Source of the DNA: an uncultured Eubacteriales bacterium
GTDB lineage: Bacteria; Bacillota; Clostridia; Christensenellales; Aristaeellaceae
Length of the DNA stretch: 60,786 bases
NCBI GenBank assembly: GCA_900553265.1
Contig: USDD01000001.1
Span: forward strand, 1-60,786
Reading direction: 5' to 3'
Shown here: positions 1-9,284 of the stretch, in pieces
Numbering within the stretch: the first letter of the stretch is position 1
How the letters are laid out: each line of letters begins with the position of its first letter
Translations under genes and position numbers: made by a program
The notes under the pieces: model-generated
What the model was told of the DNA's origin: nothing
Seen by the model: the letters and a program-made list of their open reading frames with translations, nothing else
The model's database searches: none

Positions 1-606
1 GCTATTACCGACGAGGACGGAAATATTATCGGCGAAGATAGAATCTGGGTAAATCGAACAATTCCCAGCAAGAAAACCGCGCTGTTCCAAGACGAGCTTT
101 ATACGCAAGAGTACAGTGCTCCCGTACTCATTGTACCAGATGAATTCACATATGATTGCAATGGAGACACCTATGCGTACTCCTTGAATATCAGTGAAGA
201 GAACAAGAGTGAATTTACGTTGAAAGCCGTGAAGACCAGTGAAAAAAGCAATGAAAACGATGAAAGCTCTCAAATAATGGATATAGATAAGTACACTAAA
301 GATATAATGGGTACTTGGGATGCTGCCTTTTTGTACGAGGGTGGCGATGAGTTCACGGATGCCAATATCAATCTTTGGGCGCGCTTTGTAAGCGACGGTA
401 CAGGGTTCATTGACTTTGCCGGTGATCGGTATCCAATAAAGTGGTCATACAGCGAAGAAAAGGATGATATGACGCTTTACAGGCTTGAAATGGATGGAGA
501 TGTTCGGTATATCGGTTTCGTGACCGACGCACATAACAGCTTCTTCCACAAGTTAATCTTGCACCTTGACGACCATCTCGATGTTATCCTCGAACGCAGA
601 AGATAA
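1..606 (+). CDS. hypothetical protein, 5' end outside the window
   Basis: Frame +1 has no stop from nt 1 to TAA 604-606, so the track start at 184 (TTG) is only the first start-like codon. The region is AT-rich (about 30-45% GC by eye). No family recognised. Confidence 0.55.
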   Translation, partial: AITDEDGNIIGEDRIWVNRTIPSKKTALFQDELYTQEYSAPVLIVPDEFTYDCNGDTYAYSLNISEENKSEFTLKAVKTSEKSNENDESSQIMDIDKYTKDIMGTWDAAFLYEGGDEFTDANINLWARFVSDGTGFIDFAGDRYPIKWSYSEEKDDMTLYRLEMDGDVRYIGFVTDAHNSFFHKLILHLDDHLDVILERRR

Positions 607-974
607 GGCAACGAAGGCTTTGCGTGTCTGGCTGCAATCCCTTCGCATTGATTGATGTGGAACACATTGTAATAGCGCAGAAACGGGATTTGCTTCTTCT
701 CGCCGGTTTCCTCGTTCTCCTGCTCGATCCATTTCCAGAACACGACCATGTGCGCCTTCTCGCCCCTGCGGACATGACCGCCTGCCTGCTGGCACTGCCT
801 GAAGGTCAGATATTCGCCGGGCTTGCCAAGAAGCATCTGATTCAAAAGGCTGTACGGCTTGCCGGTTGCATAGCTGACGCAGCTCCCGCCTGCAATCCAA
901 GGCTTGCGCCAAGGGATTTCGCCCTGCTCCATCTGCTCGACGATTCGGCGGGTGACTTCTTCGTAAATATCCAT
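477..974 (-). pseudogene. ardC: ArdC-like antirestriction protein, N-terminal ssDNA-binding (DUF1738) part only; C-terminal metalloprotease domain missing
   Basis: The first ~118 aa (nt ~620-974) read MDIYEEVTRRIVEQMEQGEIPWRKPW..GKPYSLLNQMLL..FLRYYNVFHINQCEGI, the ArdC/DUF1738 pattern. Below nt ~620 the frame runs antisense through the AT-rich ORF 1-606, and there is no HExxH. Confidence 0.65.
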
Positions 975-1094
975 TTTCTCCTCCTTCCTCTTGCAGGGGG
1001 AGCCGCTCGTGTGGTAGAATAGGAACGTGCTCCCCGGTTTCTTTGCGGTTACTGTTGGGGCATGGCCGGAGTGATGTGGTGGTTGCTCCGGCTT

Positions 1095-1379
1095 TTATTT
1101 TGCCATCGTGATGCTGAAACGGCGCGTGGTCGTGGTTTTTCCATACTCCTGCCAGACCTCCGGCAGCTCTTTTCGCAGCGCGGCAGTGTCAATTCGAGTA
1201 GAAGTAACCGCCTTCCAAGTAACCCTGAACGCTCCTGCGGTGATCGTGTCCGTGTCCGCTTCGGTCATGTGCGCCTTGATCGCGTCCTGAACGCCTTCGA
1301 TTTCAGCATTGAGTTCTTCCACCATCCTGCGGAGTTCGGTCAGCTCGTTCAATTTCGCAATTAGTTCGTTCGTTGCCAT
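1095..1379 (-). CDS. small mobile-element-associated hypothetical protein (N-terminal coiled coil)
   Basis: 94-aa ORF with AAGGAGG upstream of ATG 1379, co-directional with the ArdC fragment. No named family recognised. Confidence 0.6.
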   Translation of the reverse strand: MATNELIAKLNELTELRRMVEELNAEIEGVQDAIKAHMTEADTDTITAGAFRVTWKAVTSTRIDTAALRKELPEVWQEYGKTTTTRRFSITMAK

Positions 1380-1435
1380 GGTATTGAACCTCCTTTTATT
1401 GTGGGTGAGATGCGTTTTCTCAACCTTGTGAGTAT

Positions 1436-1542
1436 ATTATACACTTGTGTAAGTGTATTTTCAATTCGCAAAATCGCTAAATATACACTTGTGTAATTAT
1501 GAATTATGTACACTTGCGCAAGCGCTTTTTGCATGCTACAAT
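1436..1542. promoter_or_regulatory. divergent sigma-A-type promoters with three operator-like repeats
   Basis: Minus-strand promoter: TTGAAA (rc 1459-1464), 17 bp spacer, TATAAT (rc 1436-1441). Plus-strand promoter: TTGCGC 1514-1519, 17 bp spacer, TACAAT 1537-1542. Repeats of T(A/G)TACACTTG(T/C)G(T/C)AA lie at 1438-1452, 1482-1496 and 1507-1521. Palindrome ACACTTgtgtAAGTGT at 1441-1456. Confidence 0.5.
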
Positions 1543-1560
1543 AGGAAGGGAGGTGTTTCG

Positions 1561-1809
1561 ATGAGCGAGAGAAAAACGCTGAGCGATTCGCGCAAGCGTG
1601 CCAACAAAAAATGGAACGATGAGAATCTTACGAAGAAGTATGATCGCATTCAGCTTGTCGTTCCCAAAGGGCGTAAAGCAGATATTGAAGCTTGCGCAAA
1701 GGCGAAGGGAATGTCTGTAAACGGCTGGATTTGCGGTTATATTCGCGAGGCGGCAGGCATGAGCGAAGAGGAATGGAAGCGAGCAGCGGATGAACAGGGG
1801 GATGCATAA
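1561..1809 (+). CDS. ribbon-helix-helix (Arc/CopG-like) DNA-binding protein
   Basis: GGGAGGTG at 1548-1555 precedes ATG 1561. The segment RIQLVVPKGRKADIEACAKAKGMSVNGWICGYI looks like strand-helix-helix. The track start at 1453 lies inside the promoter region. Confidence 0.6.
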   Translation: MSERKTLSDSRKRANKKWNDENLTKKYDRIQLVVPKGRKADIEACAKAKGMSVNGWICGYIREAAGMSEEEWKRAADEQGDA

Positions 1810-2070
1810 AACCGAACGAGCATTCTCCATTTCCATGTTGTTCAGAAGGTGGGGCGGGTCGACACTATCTGCAAACAGCGAGAGGGAAACGAGCCTTTGA
1901 ACTGCACAAAACGCTGCACAAAACACGCGTGATTTCGTCTTAATCTCCTATAGTTGGTTGTGTTCAAATGCCAGCCGGCGAGTGTGGGGTCAAAGATCAG
2001 GTCGGGCGTGCAAACCCTCTTGTTTTTATGCATAGCGGCATCGCATATTCATTCACGCGTTTTTCGTTTG

Positions 2071-2106
2071 TTTCCCGTCTGAATGCGATTCGGACGGGAA
2101 ATTTTT
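2071..2106 (+). terminator. rho-independent terminator-like hairpin at the element/core junction
   Basis: Stem TTTCCCGTC (2071-2079) pairs with GACGGGAAA (2093-2101), followed by TTTTT. Confidence 0.45.
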
Positions 2107-2108
2107 CG

Positions 2109-2137
2109 TTGTAATCCGATGAACAATATGATATAAT
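2109..2137 (+). promoter_or_regulatory. sigma-A-type promoter of the NSS transporter gene
   Basis: TTGTAA 2109-2114, 17 bp spacer, TGaTATAAT (extended -10, TATAAT 2132-2137). Confidence 0.45.
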
Positions 2138-2188
2138 GTTTTGGATTATTATTTCCGCAGAATTGCATGATCGGAGAGGACGTTATCT

Positions 2189-3565
2189 ATGGAGACAAAC
2201 CATCACAGCAGGCGCAGCTCGTTTTCGGGCAAGATCGGCTTTGTGCTGGCCGCGGCGGGCGCTTCCGTGGGACTGGGCAACATCTGGCGCTTTCCCTATC
2301 TGGCGGCGAAGTACGGCGGCGGCATCTTTCTGCTGGTCTACATTCTGCTGGCCTTCACCTTCGGCTACACGATGATCGTGGCGGAGACCGCGCTGGGGCG
2401 CATGACCCGCAAGAGTCCGGTGGGCGCCTTCCGCGCCTTCGGCAAGGGAAAGGGCCTGTCCTTCGGCGGATGGATCAACGCCATCATCCCCATCCTGATC
2501 GTCCCCTACTACTCCGTCATTGGCGGCTGGGTGATTAAGTACCTCGCGGAGTACATTCTGGGCCACGGCAGCGCGCTGGCGACGGACGAGTACTTCTCGA
2601 GCTTCATTTCCAACGGCTTCTCCTCCGAGCTGTGCTTCGTCGTGTTCGCGCTGTTTACGCTGGCCATCATCTTCGCGGGCGTGCACAACGGCATCGAGCG
2701 CGTCTCCAAGCTCATGATGCCCGTGCTGGCGGTGCTGTCCGTCATCATCGCCATCTATTCCGTAACCCGGCCCGGCGCGCTGGCGGGCGTGAAGTACTTT
2801 CTGGTGCCCAATCTGGAGAATTTCTCGTGGATGACCGTCGTCTCCGCCATGGGCCAGATGTTCTATTCGCTGTCCATCGCCATGGGCATTCTCATCACCT
2901 ACGGCTCGTACATGAAAAAGGACGTCTCCATCGACGGCTCCACCCGGAACGTGGAGATTTTCGACACCGTCATCGCCATCATGGCGGGACTGATGATTAT
3001 CCCCGCGGTGTTCGCCTTCTCCGGCGGCGAGCCGTCGGCGCTGAAGGCCGGCCCGAAGCTGATGTTCGTCACCATCCCCAAGGTGTTCGACAGCATGGGC
3101 ATGGGCACGCTGGTGGGTATTCTGTTCTTCCTGCTGGTGCTTTTCGCGGCGGTCACCAGCTCCATCGCGCTGACGGAGAGCGCCGTGTCCACCTTCGAGG
3201 ACGAGCTGGGCTGGAAGCGTCACAAGTCCACCCTGCTCATCGGCGCGATCATGCTGGCGCTGGGCAGTCTGTCCGCGCTGGGCTACGGCCCGCTGAGCAG
3301 CGTCACCGTGCTGGGCATGCAGTTTCTCGATCTGTTCGACTTCCTGACCAATTCCGTGATGATGCCCATCGCCGCCATCGCCACCTGCCTGCTGGTTTCC
3401 CGGGTGGTGGGCGTGGAGAAGATCGAGGAGGAGGTCACGCAGAACGGCTGCAGCTTCCGCCGCAGGAGGATCTTCAACTTCATGATCCGCTATCTCTGCC
3501 CCATCTTCGCCGTCATCATCCTGCTCAGCTCCGTGGCCAACACCTTCGGCTGGATCGCCATGTGA
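2189..3565 (+). CDS. sodium-dependent transporter, neurotransmitter:sodium symporter (NSS/SNF) family
   Basis: GLGNIWRFPYLAAKYGGG signature near the N-terminus. Polytopic 458-aa protein. GGAGAGGA RBS. Confidence 0.9.
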   Translation: METNHHSRRSSFSGKIGFVLAAAGASVGLGNIWRFPYLAAKYGGGIFLLVYILLAFTFGYTMIVAETALGRMTRKSPVGAFRAFGKGKGLSFGGWINAIIPILIVPYYSVIGGWVIKYLAEYILGHGSALATDEYFSSFISNGFSSELCFVVFALFTLAIIFAGVHNGIERVSKLMMPVLAVLSVIIAIYSVTRPGALAGVKYFLVPNLENFSWMTVVSAMGQMFYSLSIAMGILITYGSYMKKDVSIDGSTRNVEIFDTVIAIMAGLMIIPAVFAFSGGEPSALKAGPKLMFVTIPKVFDSMGMGTLVGILFFLLVLFAAVTSSIALTESAVSTFEDELGWKRHKSTLLIGAIMLALGSLSALGYGPLSSVTVLGMQFLDLFDFLTNSVMMPIAAIATCLLVSRVVGVEKIEEEVTQNGCSFRRRRIFNFMIRYLCPIFAVIILLSSVANTFGWIAM

Positions 3566-3629
3566 TTTTTCACGGTTCATTTCTCCGCTTTATGGGCATA
3601 TTGATTACCGCATGAAAGGAGACTGAGCC

Positions 3630-4175
3630 ATGAGTCCAAGCAATCGATATTCCGGTACGCAGACGGAGAAGAACCTGCGCACGGCGTTCTCCGGCGAATC
3701 CGAGGCCCGCAATAAGTACACCTTCTTCGCCAGCGTCGCCCAGAAGGAGGGCTACGAGCAGATCGCCGCGCTGTTCCTCAAGACCGCCGAAAACGAGCGG
3801 GCGCACGCCAGGATGTGGTTTCAGGAGCTGGCCGCGCTGGGCGGCACCGCCGCGAACCTGCTCAGCGCCGCCGAGGGCGAGCACTACGAATGGACGGACA
3901 TGTATGACGGCTTTGCCAAAACCGCCGAGGAGGAGGGCTTCCCCGAGCTGGCCGCGAAGTTCCGCCTCGTCGCCGCCGTCGAAAGGCAGCACGAGGAGCG
4001 CTATCGCGCGCTGCTGCGCAATGTGGAGACCGCGCAGGTCTTTGCAAAGAGCGAGGTCAAGGTCTGGGAATGCCGCAACTGCGGCCACATCGTCGTGGGC
4101 ACAACCGCCCCGGCGGTCTGCCCCACCTGCAGCCATCCCCAGAGCTACTTCGAAATCCACGCGGAAAACTACTGA
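3630..4175 (+). CDS. rbr: rubrerythrin
   Basis: Ferritin-like N-terminal part ([26 protein letters not shown]) plus a C-terminal rubredoxin-type CRNCG...CPTC. AAAGGAGA RBS. Confidence 0.92.
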   Translation: MSPSNRYSGTQTEKNLRTAFSGESEARNKYTFFASVAQKEGYEQIAALFLKTAENERAHARMWFQELAALGGTAANLLSAAEGEHYEWTDMYDGFAKTAEEEGFPELAAKFRLVAAVERQHEERYRALLRNVETAQVFAKSEVKVWECRNCGHIVVGTTAPAVCPTCSHPQSYFEIHAENY

Positions 4176-4189
4176 TTTTCCATCCAAAA

Positions 4190-4220
4190 ACGGGCGAACG
4201 CTCCTTCGGCGTTCGCCCGT
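4190..4220. terminator. bidirectional terminator between rbr and the convergent membrane-protein gene
   Basis: Perfect 12-bp stem ACGGGCGAACGC/GCGTTCGCCCGT with a 7-nt loop, flanked by an A-run on the left and a T-rich run on the right. Confidence 0.7.
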
Positions 4221-4224
4221 TTCT

Positions 4225-4923
4225 TTATTCCTTTTCCTTCTTCTCGCTCCGCTCGCGCATTTTCCCGAACAGCCAGAAGCCCGCGAGGCACAGCAGCGCC
4301 GTTCCCGCGAAGATGAGCACCGCCGCGAGATAGTTGCCCTGCTGCATGTAGTGGCCGCCCAGCGTGGACGTGACCACCGAGGGAATGCGCCCCACTGAGC
4401 AGATGAGCAGCCATGTGCCGAAGCCGATGGGCGTTAGGCCCGCGCAGTAGGTCAGCAGATCCTTCGGCGTTCCGGGAAAGATCATCAAAAGCGCCGTCAC
4501 CTTGAACAGCTTCTCCTTATTTCTCAGAAAACTCAGCGACTCGATCTTCTCCTGCGAAAAGAACAGCCGCACCAGCCTCACGCCGAACAGCCGCACCAGC
4601 CCGAACACGATGACGCTGCCCAGCGTGGCGCCCGCCAGGCAGATGAGCGTGCCCTCGAACGCGCCGAAGGCGAAGCCCGCCGCCAGCTCCAGCGGCTCGC
4701 CGGGAATGACGGCCACGATGACCTGAAAGCAGACCATTCCGATGTAGACCAGCCGGGCCTTCCTGCCCAGCGCGTCCAGCCACGCGCGCAGCTGGTCGCT
4801 GTCGCGCACCAGCTGCGTCATGGGCTTGCCCACGCGCACGGCCAGCCATGCCGACGCGCCCAGAAAAATCGCCGCCAGCAGCGCGGCGATCCATCGCTGT
4901 GTTCTCTTTGAAAACCTCTGCAT
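4225..4923 (-). CDS. TVP38/TMEM64 (DedA/SNARE-associated) family membrane protein
   Basis: VIPGEPLELAAGFAFG motif and multiple TM segments. ATG 4923 has a GAGGA RBS. The alternative upstream ATG 4971 has no RBS and overlaps a hairpin at 4974-4996. Confidence 0.8.
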   Translation of the reverse strand: MQRFSKRTQRWIAALLAAIFLGASAWLAVRVGKPMTQLVRDSDQLRAWLDALGRKARLVYIGMVCFQVIVAVIPGEPLELAAGFAFGAFEGTLICLAGATLGSVIVFGLVRLFGVRLVRLFFSQEKIESLSFLRNKEKLFKVTALLMIFPGTPKDLLTYCAGLTPIGFGTWLLICSVGRIPSVVTSTLGGHYMQQGNYLAAVLIFAGTALLCLAGFWLFGKMRERSEKKEKE

Positions 4924-5016
4924 GCCCGTTTTCCTCGTTTTTCCAGTGTCTTGTGTTCCATTATAACGCATTTCCCGGGCAATGGCAATGCCCGGGCGCC
5001 TTTCCGAATGCGTATT

Positions 5017-5442
5017 TTATGCCCGAGCCGACGCCCGGCGCGCTTTGGGCTTCAGATTGACACGCACCGCGCCCGCCGCGCCGCCCACCGCCGCGCCCAG
5101 CAGCATCTCGCCCAGCATCTGCGCGGCCTCGAACCGGCCGCCGCCCAGCGCCACATACAGCCCGTAGCCCGCGATCATGTATGCAAGCGCCACCGTCATG
5201 CCGGTGAAAAATCCCCGATTGCCGCCGCGCTCCACCGCCGCGCGCACGCCCAGCACCACGGCCAGCGCCTTGAGCAGCTGATTCAGCAGCGTCAGCACTC
5301 CGTCGCTCAGCCGCGCGGTCAGCACCAGCGCCGCGATCAGCGCCATGCCCAGCAGCGTGACCGCCGCGGCGGCGAGCAGTCCCTTCAGAATGGACAGAAG
5401 CGCGCTTGCCCTCTTGGTCGCCATAAAACGAAGCCCCCTCAT
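5017..5442 (-). CDS. small 4-TM membrane protein (possibly TIGR04086 family)
   Basis: Hydrophobic Gly/Ala-rich 141-aa ORF. The second ATG at 5424 has an AGGGGG RBS and may be the real start. Confidence 0.6.
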   Translation of the reverse strand: MRGLRFMATKRASALLSILKGLLAAAAVTLLGMALIAALVLTARLSDGVLTLLNQLLKALAVVLGVRAAVERGGNRGFFTGMTVALAYMIAGYGLYVALGGGRFEAAQMLGEMLLGAAVGGAAGAVRVNLKPKARRASARA

Positions 5443-5481
5443 CGCTTTTTTGCAAGCATATGAGGGGGCCGCGCCGCGTAT

Positions 5482-7896
5482 TCAGCGGCAGGTGGTGCAA
5501 TAGCCGAGGCTGGTGGAGTTTTCGTCGATGGAAGCGCCGATGAAGTACTCCGTCACGTCCTCCAGATTCTGCGCGTAGCGCAGCGGATGGCCCTCGGGGA
5601 TGTAGATCAGTCCGGCCACAAAGGTGGACGAGCAATTGGACGTGGCCACCTTGTGGGAGCGGCTGCAGATGGTCACGGCGCGATGCATGTTGCACTTGGC
5701 CGTGGGCTGCGTGCCGTCCAGATACCAGTCGATGTTAGTGGTGTGTCCGTTGGCGTCGTGGCGGCAGGCGGAGGTGGGAACCATGCCCGACACCGCGCAG
5801 ACCTCCACGGGAACCAGACCGTAGTCCGAGGCCGAGCCGCCGATGATCTCGCGGTTCGTGGTGCAGCCGGTGGCCAGATGCACCTGGGTCATGATCTCCG
5901 CCCAGAGGGGCGCGGCGGCGCTGCCGCCGGTGGCGCTGGAGACCAGCGGGCGGTTGTTGTCCGAGCCGATCCAGACCGCGCCGGAGTAGTATCCGGTCAT
6001 GCCGGCGAAGGTCACGCCGCAGTAGTCGGTGTTGGTGCCGGTCTTGCCGGCCACGGTCAGGCCGCCGAAATTGGCCCTTGCGCCGGTGCCCACGCCCTCC
6101 TGCACGCAGCCCTTGAGCATGTCCACCAGCATCCACGCCGTGGACGGCTTGAAGACCTCGCGGGTGGTCTGCACCTCGCGCACGTCGATGTACACCGTGC
6201 CGTCGGGGTTGAGAATCTGGGTAAAGGCGTAGGGCTCCTGATAGGTGCCCGAATTGGCCACCGCGCCGAAGGCCGCGGCCATCTCCACCATGGACGGATA
6301 GGACACGCCCAGCGCGAGGCCCGCGCCGTTGGCGAGGATGTGATCCGGCTCGATGCCCAGCATCAGCAGATACTTGACCGCGTTCTCGATGCCCACATAT
6401 TCATACAGCACGTGGGCCGTGGACGTGTTGTGAGAGCGGTTGATGGCGTAGCGCATGGACTCCACGCCGGAGTAATCGCCGTCGGTGCTGAAGTTTCTCG
6501 GATAGCCCTCGCCGCCGTTCCAGCCCTCGATGGGAATGGGCAGGTTCAGCACCGGCGAGGCCGGCGAAGCGCCCAGATCCAGCGCCGGGCCGTAAACCGC
6601 CAGTGGCTTGAGCGACGAGCCGACGGACATCTTCATCTGATAGGCGCGGTTGAGCTGCAGCTTCTGAACCGGCGTGGAACGCCCGCCCACGATGGCCACC
6701 AGCTCGCCCGTGTGCCAGTTCATCACCGCCGCGGCGCACTGGGGCTGCACGACGGTCAGATATTCGCCGCCGCCCAGCGAGGCCTGGGTGGACGCGTCAT
6801 TGGAATAGCGCATCTCGGGATAGCTCGACCAGTTGGTGATGGCGTCCTGCACGGCCGACTGCACCTCGGGGTCCAGCGAGGTGAACACCTTGTAGCCGCC
6901 GTTGCGCAGCTTGGTCTCCATGGCGCTGCGGTTGGAGCGGGTGTCCTCCAGCCCCTCCACGCGCAGCATCTTGGTCACCACGTCGTAGATGGCGTACTCG
7001 ACGTAATAGGCGTTGTCGTACATCGCGTCGGTGGTGGCGGTGGATTTCTCCAGCACCGTCAGCGTCTGAGAATGCGCCTCGTCGTATTCCTCCTGGGTAA
7101 TCAGCTTCTGCTCCAGCATGGACTCGAGCACCAGATTGGTTCGGCCCTCGATGGCCTCCGGCGTGCTCCTGCCCGAGCTCTTGTAATAGCAGCGGCGGGG
7201 ATTGTAGCGGTTGGGATTTCGGATGATGGCGGCGATGGCGGCGCATTCGCGCAGCGTCAGATCCTGAAGATCCTTGCCGAAGTAGTCCTGCGCGGCAATC
7301 TTCACGCCGTAGCTGGAGCCGCCGAGGAAGATGACGTTCATGTAAGCCTCGAGAATCTGCTCCTTGGAGAGACTCTTCTCGACCTCCACGGCGAGATAGG
7401 CCTCCTGCACCTTGCGGCGATAGGTCTGCTCGCTGCTGAGCATGGTCAGCTTGACCAGCTGGCAGGTGAGCGTGGACGCGCCCTGGGTGCTGCCGCCCAT
7501 GAGGTTGTTGACGATGGCGCCCACCTGTCGCTTCAGGTCGATGCCGTGGTGCTCGAAGAAGCGCTTGTCCTCGATGGAGATGACGGCGTTGATGAGGTTT
7601 TTGGGAATCTCGTCGATCTCCACGTAGATTCGGTTCTGCGAGCCCTTGAACTCCGTAATCAGACCGCCCTTGCTGTCGTAGATGAACGAGGTCTGGGCCT
7701 GCGCGCCGATCTTGTCCAGATCCAGATCCGGCGTGGTGTCCATCCACGCCTTGGCCACGCCCACCATGAGTCCGCCGCAGGACAGGCCGATCAGCAGCAC
7801 GACGAAGAACAGCATCCGCATCGTCATGAACAGCACCGAGACCAGGAAATTCCGCTCCCGCTCCCGGGGCTTGAAAATCACATATTTTGCGCTCAT
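5482..7896 (-). CDS. class A penicillin-binding protein (glycosyltransferase GT51 + transpeptidase), PBP1A-like
   Basis: EDKRFFEHHGID GT51 motif, N-terminal TM anchor and a transpeptidase-type middle region. GGAGGA lies 5 nt before ATG 7896; the track start 7908 is 4 codons upstream. Confidence 0.92.
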   Translation of the reverse strand: MSAKYVIFKPRERERNFLVSVLFMTMRMLFFVVLLIGLSCGGLMVGVAKAWMDTTPDLDLDKIGAQAQTSFIYDSKGGLITEFKGSQNRIYVEIDEIPKNLINAVISIEDKRFFEHHGIDLKRQVGAIVNNLMGGSTQGASTLTCQLVKLTMLSSEQTYRRKVQEAYLAVEVEKSLSKEQILEAYMNVIFLGGSSYGVKIAAQDYFGKDLQDLTLRECAAIAAIIRNPNRYNPRRCYYKSSGRSTPEAIEGRTNLVLESMLEQKLITQEEYDEAHSQTLTVLEKSTATTDAMYDNAYYVEYAIYDVVTKMLRVEGLEDTRSNRSAMETKLRNGGYKVFTSLDPEVQSAVQDAITNWSSYPEMRYSNDASTQASLGGGEYLTVVQPQCAAAVMNWHTGELVAIVGGRSTPVQKLQLNRAYQMKMSVGSSLKPLAVYGPALDLGASPASPVLNLPIPIEGWNGGEGYPRNFSTDGDYSGVESMRYAINRSHNTSTAHVLYEYVGIENAVKYLLMLGIEPDHILANGAGLALGVSYPSMVEMAAAFGAVANSGTYQEPYAFTQILNPDGTVYIDVREVQTTREVFKPSTAWMLVDMLKGCVQEGVGTGARANFGGLTVAGKTGTNTDYCGVTFAGMTGYYSGAVWIGSDNNRPLVSSATGGSAAAPLWAEIMTQVHLATGCTTNREIIGGSASDYGLVPVEVCAVSGMVPTSACRHDANGHTTNIDWYLDGTQPTAKCNMHRAVTICSRSHKVATSNCSSTFVAGLIYIPEGHPLRYAQNLEDVTEYFIGASIDENSTSLGYCTTCR

Positions 7897-8094
7897 GTAT
7901 TCCTCCATAGGGGATCAATGTCCGCCCGCCGGGAAGAAACGTTTCCCGACGACAGGATTATTTATAGCATGATTGTCGGCGAACTGCCTTCGGCATCCCG
8001 CCGACCCGGCCAAGCCTGCGGCTTGTCTAATCATTATACCATCTTTTTACGGAAGAACCACGGCATTTCCGTGTCATTTTGATGAAAAGCCTTC

Positions 8095-9261
8095 TCAGAA
8101 CGGCGCGTCGTCGTTCTCTGCCGCCGCCTGCGAGGCGATGGCGATGTTCACGCCGTTGACGGTCACGCCCTCGTCCGCGCGGATGAGGATGTACTTGAAG
8201 CCGTCGATGACGCGGGTTTCCACCAGATCGCTGCGCTCGGGATTGACCTGAATCACCACGTCGGGCGTGCGCACCTCGAACTTTTTCTCGTCCACGATGT
8301 TGCGGGCACTGAGCTCGATGCCCGCGCCGAAGGCGTCGTCGTAGCGCTGCTCGAAGGCGGTCATGCGCTCCTCGGGCACGCCGCAGGACTCCAGCATGGA
8401 CTTGACCTCGCGCTTGGAGACGACGGTGGGCTCGGCGGTCTTGTCGCCCTTCTGCTCCTCGATGCGGTCGCGCAGCTGCTCGTGCACCGTCTGCACCACG
8501 TCGTAGCTCAGCTCGTCGCCGATGGTCTCCTCCAGAATGGCCTGGAAGGTCTCCTTCTGCTCGGCGGCGGGCATGGGCGCGTTGATATTGAACACCGCGT
8601 CGATGAACTCGTCGTGCAGCTCCGCCGTGTCGCGAGTAAAGTACAGCGCCTTGTAGATGTTCGCCGCGCCGTCCTCATAGGCCGGGAACATGAAGCCGAT
8701 CTCCGGCGCGGCCACGACCCAGTCCTGCTCGCGCTCGTGGAAATCGTTGTCCGAGGCGAAATAGCTCAGTGCCGGCTTGGTCAGCTTCACCGGGCAGACG
8801 CAGCAGAGGAAGTAATTGAAAACCTCCTCCGACGCGTCGTCCACCTTCATCTCGTCCTTGGGATGGAAGGGCACGTCGTAGGCATCCGAGGCCAGCAGAA
8901 GCAGGTAATTGCCCTCCATTTCTAGGGAGTCGATGACCTTCTGATAGAAGGCCTGCACGCCCTCCTCCACCTTCAGCTGGGTGTTGCGCATGGCGGAGAG
9001 CAGATGGTGCTCCTCGCCGTCCATCACCTGATCGGGCCGAAACTCGATCTCGATTAAGTTCTTTCCGGGAATGCCCGTCAGCGATCGGCGCAGCAGCGCC
9101 AGATACTTCTCCATTTCCTCCTGAGGCAGAGAGATGAGCGGGCGGTTGAACGCGGACACGATCTCGCGCTTTTCGTTGACATAGCAGCCCCGGATGGCGG
9201 GGATGGCGTTTTTGTCGGGATTCAGCCGGCGGCGAATCTCGGAGACGTCCTTCTGATTCAT
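8095..9261 (-). CDS. DUF4317 family protein
   Basis: N-terminus MNQKDVSEIRRRLNPDKNAIPAIRGCYVN matches my memory of DUF4317 proteins of Clostridia. Lies 23 nt downstream of ygiQ on the same strand. Confidence 0.7.
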   Translation of the reverse strand: MNQKDVSEIRRRLNPDKNAIPAIRGCYVNEKREIVSAFNRPLISLPQEEMEKYLALLRRSLTGIPGKNLIEIEFRPDQVMDGEEHHLLSAMRNTQLKVEEGVQAFYQKVIDSLEMEGNYLLLLASDAYDVPFHPKDEMKVDDASEEVFNYFLCCVCPVKLTKPALSYFASDNDFHEREQDWVVAAPEIGFMFPAYEDGAANIYKALYFTRDTAELHDEFIDAVFNINAPMPAAEQKETFQAILEETIGDELSYDVVQTVHEQLRDRIEEQKGDKTAEPTVVSKREVKSMLESCGVPEERMTAFEQRYDDAFGAGIELSARNIVDEKKFEVRTPDVVIQVNPERSDLVETRVIDGFKYILIRADEGVTVNGVNIAIASQAAAENDDAPF

Positions 9262-9284
9262 GGTTGCTTCTCCTTTATCGATGG

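Noticed and set aside
1810-2070. tRNA gene or att site at the mobile-element/core junction
   Set aside because: I could not fold any cloverleaf or find T-loop or acceptor features on either strand. The other element end is outside the window, so direct repeats cannot be tested.
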